Of a stretch of DNA of 64,000 nt, positions 56,458-64,000 are shown piece by piece (the stretch's first letter is position 1; each line of letters starts with the position of its first letter). Origin of the DNA: Thermoanaerobaculia bacterium (GTDB lineage: Bacteria; Acidobacteriota; Thermoanaerobaculia; Multivoradales; Multivoraceae); the NCBI GenBank assembly GCA_963666565.1, contig OY762911.1, positions 544,001-608,000 on the forward strand, given 5' to 3'. The position numbers were made by a program, and so were the translations under genes. The notes beneath the pieces were generated by a model. That model had not been told where the DNA came from, searched no databases, and worked only from the letters and a program-made list of their open reading frames with translations.

Positions 56458-58935
56458 ATGCCGCCGCGCTTCGACGACGATGCGAACACGCTGCGGCTGT
56501 CCGTGGCGGACCTGCTCGAACACGGCGCCGCGAGGCACCTCGGGTTCGCAAACCGGGGCGGCTTCGAACGGCTCTGGGTGGGTCAGGCGATCCACAGCCG
56601 CTACCAGGAGCGGGCGATGGAGCGCGAGCCGAGCTACCGCCGCGAGGTCGAGCTGTCGCTGGCGTTCGAGCACCGGGGCTGGACGGTGACCCTCGCCGGC
56701 CGGGCCGACGGCCTCTACCGGGACGCCGGCGGCCGGCTGGCGATCGAGGAGATCAAGTCCGTGCGGCCGAACGCGGAGCCTTCGCCGGGTCTGCTGGCGG
56801 TCTACCGCCGGCAGGCCGCGCTCTACGCCTGGATAGTCCACCGATCCGGCGCCGCCGGCTCGGTGCCGGTGCGCGCCGAACTCGTGCTGATCGAGATCGG
56901 CAGCGCGGAGATCGAGCGGCTCGACGTGGAACTCGACTTCGAGGAGCTCGAGGCCGGCGTCCGCCTCCGGCTCAACGCGATCGTCCGCGAGTACGAGTCG
57001 GCGAGAGCGGAGCGCCAGCGCCGGGAGCTGGCCGCCGAACGGCTCGAGTTCCCATTCCACCGGCCGCGGCCCGGCCAGCAGGAGATCGTGGACCGCGCGG
57101 GCCTCGCGGTCGAGCAGCGCGAGCACCTGCTGGTCCAAGCGCCGACCGGCCTGGGCAAGACCGCCGCCGTTCTGTTCCCGGTGCTGCGCGAGGCGCTCGC
57201 CAACGACCTTCGCGTGTTCGTGCTCACCGCCAAGAACACGCAGCAGGCGATGGCCAACCGCGTTCTCGATCTGCTGAACCGGGAGCGTTCCTTCCACGCC
57301 CTGCACCTCCGCGCCAAGGCGCGCATGTGCGCCAACGACGAGATCATCTGCCACGAGGACTACTGCCAGTACGCCCGCGACTACTACGCCAAGCTGCAGC
57401 GGAGCCGGGTGATTCCCCGGCTGCTCGACGAGCACAGCCTGCTCGAACCGGACACGATCTTCGATGTCGCGAAGGGAGTCCGTGCGTGCCCGTTCGAGAT
57501 CAGCCTCGAACTCGGCCGGCGCGTGCAGGTCGTGGTCGGCGACTACAACTACGCGCTCGACCCCTTCGTCAAGCTGACCGAGTTCCAGGGCGACGCCGAC
57601 CTCTCCGGCACCGTCCTCGTCGTCGACGAGATCCACAACCTGGTCGACCGTGGGCGCGGCTACTACAGCCCGGAACTCTCGGCCGCGAGCTGCCGGGCGG
57701 CGCGGACCGGCCTGCGCCGGGCCGGCCGCGGCACGGAGGGCGGACCGACGGAGCGCCTGCGGGAGCTCTGCGCCGCCCTCGAGAAGCTGATCCGCGACGA
57801 GGTCGACGCGCAGCTCGACCGGCCCGACCGCGACGCGGTGGCCGAGGGCGCGCCGCCCGAGGAGCAGCTCTGGCGCCTGCGGCCCGCCTTCGACCGGGGC
57901 TTCGTCGACTACCTGGAGTTCCGCCGCGACACCCGTTCCTTTGCCGCCAACGACGCCTTCGTCGAGCTCTACTTCGAGCTGCTGCGGTTCCTGAACACGC
58001 TCCAGCTCGCCTCGCAGCCGAAGCACGCCGAGTCCTTCGGCTTCCTGTTCCGGCGAATCGACGGCAAGCCCAGCCTGGCGATCCTGTGCAAGGACGCGAG
58101 TGCGTTCCTGGGCGCCACGATCAACCGCTGCCGCTCGGCGATCGGCCTGTCCGCGACCCTGCAGCCGTTCGAGTTCTACCGGGACCTGCTCGGCTTCGAC
58201 CCGGCCCGCACCTCGACCCTCGAGGTGCCGAGCGCCTTCCCGGCCGCGAACCGCCGGATCGTCGTCGACACGTCGGTCACCACCACGTACAGGACCCGCG
58301 ACCGGAACTACGGCCCGATCGCCGAGCGGCTGGCCGAGTTCGCCCGCTCCGTTCCCGGCAACTCGATGGCGATCTTCCCCAGCTACAAGTTCCTCGCCGA
58401 GGTCAGGGAGCGGCTCCCCGACTGCGGGCGCGCCGTCCTGGTCCAGCAGCAGACGACCAGCGAGGCGAAACGGCAGGAGGTGCTCGACGCCCTGACCAAC
58501 CCGCTCTACGGCGACGCATTGCTCCTGGCCGTGGCGGGCGGCGTCTTCTCCGAGGGCGTCGACTACCCGGGAGACGCGCTGCTCGCCGTGGCCGTCGTCG
58601 GCCCCTGCCTGCCCGCGGTAACGATCGAGCAGAAGCTGCTTCAGGCGTACTACGACGAGCGCTTCGAACGCGGCTTCGAGTACGCCTTCGTGGTTCCCGG
58701 CATGACCCGCGTGGTCCAGGCCGCCGGCCGGCTGATCCGTTCCGCCGACGACCGCGGCGTGATCGCCCTGTTCGACCGCCGGTTCCTGCAGCGGCCCTAC
58801 CGGCGGCACCTGCCCGCCGAGTGGTGGCCGGAGTCCGCCGGCGAGGGGGAGGCCGATCTCGCCGGCCATCCGGCCAGCGTCGCCGCCGCCTTCTTCGACG
58901 AAGCGGCGCCGGCCGCGGTGGAAGGCGTTTCGTGA
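56458..58935 (+). CDS. DinG/XPD-family Fe-S DNA helicase with N-terminal PD-(D/E)xK nuclease domain
   Basis: N-terminal GQAIH..GRADG..IEEIKS..QAALY; APTGLGKT; Cys cluster MC..IC...YC...CPFE; DEIH; SATL; QAAGRLIR. Confidence 0.9.
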   Translation: MPPRFDDDANTLRLSVADLLEHGAARHLGFANRGGFERLWVGQAIHSRYQERAMEREPSYRREVELSLAFEHRGWTVTLAGRADGLYRDAGGRLAIEEIKSVRPNAEPSPGLLAVYRRQAALYAWIVHRSGAAGSVPVRAELVLIEIGSAEIERLDVELDFEELEAGVRLRLNAIVREYESARAERQRRELAAERLEFPFHRPRPGQQEIVDRAGLAVEQREHLLVQAPTGLGKTAAVLFPVLREALANDLRVFVLTAKNTQQAMANRVLDLLNRERSFHALHLRAKARMCANDEIICHEDYCQYARDYYAKLQRSRVIPRLLDEHSLLEPDTIFDVAKGVRACPFEISLELGRRVQVVVGDYNYALDPFVKLTEFQGDADLSGTVLVVDEIHNLVDRGRGYYSPELSAASCRAARTGLRRAGRGTEGGPTERLRELCAALEKLIRDEVDAQLDRPDRDAVAEGAPPEEQLWRLRPAFDRGFVDYLEFRRDTRSFAANDAFVELYFELLRFLNTLQLASQPKHAESFGFLFRRIDGKPSLAILCKDASAFLGATINRCRSAIGLSATLQPFEFYRDLLGFDPARTSTLEVPSAFPAANRRIVVDTSVTTTYRTRDRNYGPIAERLAEFARSVPGNSMAIFPSYKFLAEVRERLPDCGRAVLVQQQTTSEAKRQEVLDALTNPLYGDALLLAVAGGVFSEGVDYPGDALLAVAVVGPCLPAVTIEQKLLQAYYDERFERGFEYAFVVPGMTRVVQAAGRLIRSADDRGVIALFDRRFLQRPYRRHLPAEWWPESAGEGEADLAGHPASVAAAFFDEAAPAAVEGVS

Positions 58936-59975
58936 CGGCGCTGGTCCAACGGATCGAACGCTTCATCGTCGCGGGTGAAGGCGACTTCGGCGAACTCGCC
59001 GCCTCGGCGGCCCGGTTCGGCTACGAGCGGGTCGAGCCCTATCGCCGGCTGTGCGACCGGCGCGGAATCGCCCCCGGCGCGCTCGACGACTGGCGCCTCG
59101 CCCCGGCCGTGCCCACCTCCGCCTTCAAGTCGTTGCGGCTCGCCGCCGGCGAACCGCGCGAGGTGTTCAGGAGCAGCGGCACCACCCGCGGCGCGGAGCG
59201 GCGAAGCGTCCATTACCACCCCTACCCCGACCTCTACCGGACCGTGATCGACGCCTCCTTCGCCGGCGCCTGCCTGCCCCCGGCTGCGGGGCGCCTGCCG
59301 ATCCTCTCGCTCATCCCCGACCGCGCGGCCGCTCCCGACTCGAGCCTGTCGTTCATGGCGGCCCACGTCTTCGAGCGCCACGCCGCGCCGGGCAGCGCCT
59401 GGGCGGCAAGGAAGGACGGCATCGACCTCGACCTCGCCTGCCGCTGGCTTCGCGCGCACGCCGACGGTGAGCCCGTCCTCGTTCTCGCGACCGCCCTGGC
59501 TCTCGTCCTGCTTCTCGACCGGCTCGAAGACGAAGCGGGAGGCGCCGTCCGGCTGCCGCCCGGCAGCCGCGTCTTCGAGACCGGCGGCTTCAAGGGCCGG
59601 CGCCTGGAGACGACCCCCGAGGCGGTCCGGCGACGCGCGGGCGCCCTTCTCGGCCTCGACCCGGACACCGTGGTGCGCGAGTACGGCATGACCGAACTGA
59701 CCAGCCAGGCCTACTCCCGCGCCGGCGGCGAGCGCCTGCGCACGCCGCCCTGGATGCCGTTTCGCGTCCTGGACCCGGAATCCCTCGATGAGGTCGAGGA
59801 CGGCGAACCCGGCCTGCTCGCGTTCTTCGACCTCGCCAACCTCGGCTCCGTCTGCCACGTCCTCACCGAGGATCTCGGCGTCCGCGAAGACGGCGCCTTC
59901 CGCCTGCTCGGCCGCGCCAGCGGCGCCGAACTGCGCGGCTGCTCGCTGACCGCCGAAGAACTGGGCGCCGCGTGA
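58932..59975 (+). CDS. LuxE-like acyl-protein synthetase
   Basis: FRSSGTT, FETGGFKGR, EYGMTELTSQAY, DLAN, TEDLG, LGRASGAELRGCS; GTGA overlap with the helicase. Confidence 0.88.
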   Translation: MTALVQRIERFIVAGEGDFGELAASAARFGYERVEPYRRLCDRRGIAPGALDDWRLAPAVPTSAFKSLRLAAGEPREVFRSSGTTRGAERRSVHYHPYPDLYRTVIDASFAGACLPPAAGRLPILSLIPDRAAAPDSSLSFMAAHVFERHAAPGSAWAARKDGIDLDLACRWLRAHADGEPVLVLATALALVLLLDRLEDEAGGAVRLPPGSRVFETGGFKGRRLETTPEAVRRRAGALLGLDPDTVVREYGMTELTSQAYSRAGGERLRTPPWMPFRVLDPESLDEVEDGEPGLLAFFDLANLGSVCHVLTEDLGVREDGAFRLLGRASGAELRGCSLTAEELGAA

Positions 59976-60054
59976 CCTGTCTCTCGCTCCCGGTCGCCGC
60001 CCACCGGGTGCGCGGGCCCTCTGGCCCGCATCCGGCGCGAAGCGCCGGCTCCGC

Positions 60055-61368
60055 ATGAGTTCGCCGATCGTCGTCGCGCAACGTCTGGCCGCGGCCGCGC
60101 CGTCTCTCCGCGCCATCCCGACCGAGCGACTCCTTGCCGCCTGGAACGACACCCTGGCAGCCTCCCTCGACCCGGCGAGCCCCGAACGCCGCAACCTCGA
60201 CCCCGACCTGCTGCGGTCCACCCGCCTCTCGCAGGACGGCCTCGACCACGGTCTCCGAACCATCGGCGCCGGCATGATCGGCGAGGCTGCGGCAGCCGAA
60301 CTCCGCCGCGCGATCCGCCAGCAGGAAGACGGCTTCAGCCTGGTCGTGTTGCCGGCCGAGCCACCGGGGCTGATGCTGCAGTCCCTCCTGCCCGCCCTGG
60401 CCGCGCGATCCCCCGTCCTGTTCAAGTCGTCCCGCGCCGAGCCGCACTTCGCGCCGGCCTTCCTGGGCGCCCTGGCCCGACGGCTGCCGGCCCTCCGCGA
60501 GGCGTACGCGGCCGCCGTCTGGACCGGCGGCGACGAAACGATCGAACCCGCGCTGCACGCCGTCGCCCGCGTCGCGGTCGCCTACGGCGGGGAAGAGGCG
60601 ATCGAGGCCCTCCAGGCAGCAGCAGGCGCTGAAGCCGACCGGTGCCGCGTGGCATTTGTCCGACCTCCGCGACGTGCTGAACGGGCTGGTGCAGCAGGCC
60701 CTGAAGCCGACCGGCGCCGCGTGGCGGCGCGGCGCCCGCGACAGGCGGATCGAGTCGGCGTCGAGCCGGCGGCAGCCCACCGACTCATCGCCTTCGGCCC
60801 CAGGCTCAGCCTCGGCTGGGTCGGCCCTGGCGCCGACCTGAGGCGTACCGCCCGCGGCATGGCGCTGGACGTCGCGACCTTCGATCAGCGGGGCTGCCTC
60901 TCGGTTCACGCCGTCCTCGTCGATCCCGCCGTCGCCGCCGCCTTCGCCGGCGCCCTGGCCAGGGCCCTGCGCGAGCTCGCGGAGGAACTGCCTCCCGGCC
61001 CCGCGGCCGCAGCGGACCGCGCCGGCGTTCGCCTCGTGCGCGAAGACGCCGACCTCCGGGGTCTCGCCCGGTCGGGCGGCCGCCTCGACGCCGGCACCGT
61101 CGTCGTCGAGCACGACGCCCGAATCGGCCCCTCGCCCGGCCTCCGCACCGTCCGAGTCCATCCAGTCGCTGGCGTTCCGCCGCTCGACGATTGGAACGGC
61201 CGGCTTCAGGGGATCGCCGTGGCCGGCCACCTGCCCGCGACCGTCCGCCGCGCCTTCGAACGGGCCGGCGTCTCCCGCTTCGCCCCCGCCGGCCGACTCC
61301 AGGCCACCGGCGCCGCCTGGCGCAACGGCGGCATCGATCTCGCCGCCGAGTTCGCCCGCGACTGCTGA
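60055..61368 (+). CDS. LuxC-like acyl-CoA reductase
   Basis: AYGGEEAI, FGPRLS, FDQRGCLS (catalytic Cys context), GRLQ. Confidence 0.82.
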   Translation: MSSPIVVAQRLAAAAPSLRAIPTERLLAAWNDTLAASLDPASPERRNLDPDLLRSTRLSQDGLDHGLRTIGAGMIGEAAAAELRRAIRQQEDGFSLVVLPAEPPGLMLQSLLPALAARSPVLFKSSRAEPHFAPAFLGALARRLPALREAYAAAVWTGGDETIEPALHAVARVAVAYGGEEAIEALQAAAGAEADRCRVAFVRPPRRAERAGAAGPEADRRRVAARRPRQADRVGVEPAAAHRLIAFGPRLSLGWVGPGADLRRTARGMALDVATFDQRGCLSVHAVLVDPAVAAAFAGALARALRELAEELPPGPAAAADRAGVRLVREDADLRGLARSGGRLDAGTVVVEHDARIGPSPGLRTVRVHPVAGVPPLDDWNGRLQGIAVAGHLPATVRRAFERAGVSRFAPAGRLQATGAAWRNGGIDLAAEFARDC

Positions 61369-61492
61369 GAACGCCCCGACCGGCCGATCGGAAACCCCTG
61401 GCGCAGGGTTCCGACGCCGGTTCGCGTCTTTGTCATGCAGGAGCCCGGAACCAACCGGGCGCAGCGAAACTACAGGACTGGAGTGAGAGACG

Positions 61493-61957
61493 ATGCAGAC
61501 AACCGCGGTAGTAGAATCGGACGCGGCAATGACCCGGCGAACCCTCAAGAGCGTCGGCTTCGACGACGATCAGGCGCAGGCGCTGCTCGACCTGAGCGGC
61601 ACGGCCGCCGAACGACGGGAACTCAACGCCGACATGGCCCAGGCGAAGACCGACATCGCCGAACTCAAGACCGATGTCGCCGAACTCAAGACCGACATGG
61701 TCCAGGTCAAGGCCGACCTCGCCACCTTCCGCGCCGAGACGCGGGGCGAGTTCGCGAGACTGGATGCCCGGATCGACGGACTGAGAGACGAGATGAACGC
61801 CCGGTTCAAGGGGCTGGAAGGTCGGATCGACGCGCGGTTCGAGGGGCTGGAAGGCCGCTTGAGTCTGATGCTGTGGTTCATGGGGATCGGCCTGACCCTG
61901 TACACAGGCACGACGATCTCCCTGATGGTCCTCCTGTTCCGCGGCGTCCTGTCCTGA
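61493..61957 (+). CDS. Coiled-coil repeat protein with C-terminal TM (CCDC90/DUF1640-like)
   Basis: LKSVGFDDDQAQAL, heptads KTDIAEL-KTDVAEL-KTDMVQV, 11-mers NARFKGLEGRI-DARFEGLEGRL, hydrophobic tail. Confidence 0.8.
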   Translation: MQTTAVVESDAAMTRRTLKSVGFDDDQAQALLDLSGTAAERRELNADMAQAKTDIAELKTDVAELKTDMVQVKADLATFRAETRGEFARLDARIDGLRDEMNARFKGLEGRIDARFEGLEGRLSLMLWFMGIGLTLYTGTTISLMVLLFRGVLS

Positions 61958-61975
61958 CTGCCTCCGCCGGCGCGG

Positions 61976-62941
61976 CTACGGCGCCGGCGGCAGGCCCGAC
62001 ACCGTCTCGACGACCACGCCGGCGTCGACCCGGAACGAGCGCGGAAGCGTCCGGTAGAGCGGCGCCAGGAACGTCGGCGGCGCCTCGCGGATCTCGAAGG
62101 CGGGGCCATAGGACCAGAAGAAGGTCCGGTTCTCGTCCGGCGTCGCGGAACTAAGCACCCACATGCGGCCGCCGGCGAAGACATGCTGGTTCAGGCCGTC
62201 GACGGCCTTGCCGAGGTCTTCGTCCAGGTCGGCGACGACCAGCCAGTGTTCGCCTTCTTCCAACTCCGGCACGATCGTGCTCAGGCAGAGCCGGCTGTCG
62301 CCGTCGCCGCTGCAGATCTCGTCGATGGCAAGGTCCGGCTTCAGCCGCGTCGCCAGGTTGTCGAGCGGCAGGTCGGGCGCGGCGCGGGCGAATGCGAGCA
62401 GGCCCACGGTGAGCGCGCCGACGACGGCGAGCCGGATCCAGGGCATGCCGTCGGCCGCGCGGCGGCCCAGGAACGCCAGGGCGAGCGCCGGGACCATGAG
62501 CGCCAGGTCCTGCCAGAAGGCCTCGGCCGGCGTTCGCTCCACCAGGTTGCCGAAGCAGCCGCAGCCGGCCTCGTCCTCGGTCGCGATGCCGCGCACGTCG
62601 CGGTAGTAGGCGCGGCCGGTCAGGAACAGGAAGAAGGCGACGAGGAGCGCCGACGGGCCGAGCACCCACGTCCGGCGCAGCCCCAGGATCAGCGCGCTGC
62701 CGAGGCCCATCTCGAGCGCCAGCGCGATCGCGGTCACCGCGACGGCCGGCAGCAGGAAGTCCAGGCCCTCGATCTCGATCTGCCTGACGAACGCCTGCGG
62801 GTCGAGCGCCTTGACGACTCCCCCGAACACGAGAACCGCGCCCAGGAAGGCGCCGCCGGCCCAGCCTACGATCGGCAGCAGCCGGTCGAGCGGCCCGGCC
62901 GGCACGGCGGCGCGGGTCTTGCGCCGCACGCTACTCGCCAC
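61976..62941 (-). CDS. MauE/DoxX-family membrane protein
   Basis: GVVKALDPQAF, LE..LG, CGCFG, AFWQDL; start uncertain (GTG 62941). Confidence 0.8.
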   Translation of the reverse strand: MASSVRRKTRAAVPAGPLDRLLPIVGWAGGAFLGAVLVFGGVVKALDPQAFVRQIEIEGLDFLLPAVAVTAIALALEMGLGSALILGLRRTWVLGPSALLVAFFLFLTGRAYYRDVRGIATEDEAGCGCFGNLVERTPAEAFWQDLALMVPALALAFLGRRAADGMPWIRLAVVGALTVGLLAFARAAPDLPLDNLATRLKPDLAIDEICSGDGDSRLCLSTIVPELEEGEHWLVVADLDEDLGKAVDGLNQHVFAGGRMWVLSSATPDENRTFFWSYGPAFEIREAPPTFLAPLYRTLPRSFRVDAGVVVETVSGLPPAP

Positions 62942-63175
62942 GGTCGGCTCTCGTCGGTCTGATGTCCATGCGTTGCTATCCTGACCTCGGCTCGACGACC
63001 GGCGAACCCGGCCGCGGGACGCGCCGGCGTCGCCGCCGGCTGTGGTGCGGGTCTTCCGACCCGCGAAACGGGCGTCGCGAAGCGGCGAGCCCGGAGTCTC
63101 CAACCGCGCAGCCTACTCGCGCCCCCGAACCCGTCGCAAGCTCCACGCCCGGCCCGACCCTGCCCACCGGTCTCG

Positions 63176-64000
<825 letters not shown>

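Noticed and set aside
60619-60725. Minimal CRISPR array (35-bp repeat, 37-bp spacer) near a Cas4-like/DinG gene
   Set aside because: Only two repeats, located in frame inside a coding sequence, with no leader and no cas1/cas7 genes.
58932-61368. Bioluminescence operon
   Set aside because: No luxA, luxB or luxD in the window.

Overview
High-GC bacterial chromosomal segment, mostly housekeeping genes: hrcA, nrdR, lon, thiL, aroA, mlaEFD, folE, queD, class II RNR nrdJ, methylmalonyl-CoA mutase/epimerase/MeaB, carAB, dnaK-hspR, mazG, dcd, glpX, hflKC, a nuclease-DinG helicase fusion, luxE/luxC-like genes and an ABC-F ATPase. The gene set (GWxTD protein, DUF1844, carboxypeptidase-regulatory-like repeat protein) suggests Acidobacteriota; this is an inference. 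Most long ORFs in the supplied track are GC-rich shadow frames or have over-extended starts. No integrase, transposase, tRNA, rRNA or CRISPR array was seen. Most notable signals: (1) four dispersed copies of a ~185-nt intergenic element with long, covarying terminal stems and conserved internal motifs, two of them coupled to a REP-like palindrome; (2) an unannotated SelW/Rdx selenoprotein gene with an in-frame TGA in CxxU and a SECIS-like hairpin; (3) a protein with three tandem HTH modules joined by histone-H1-like linkers; (4) an atypical islet encoding a secreted Cys-rich phospholipase-A2-like protein plus a candidate partner lipoprotein; (5) a candidate structured ncRNA between carB and a lolE-like gene. 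Smaller signals include a probable ACG start codon, NrdR boxes, HAIR-like operators and an S41 protease lacking its catalytic residues.
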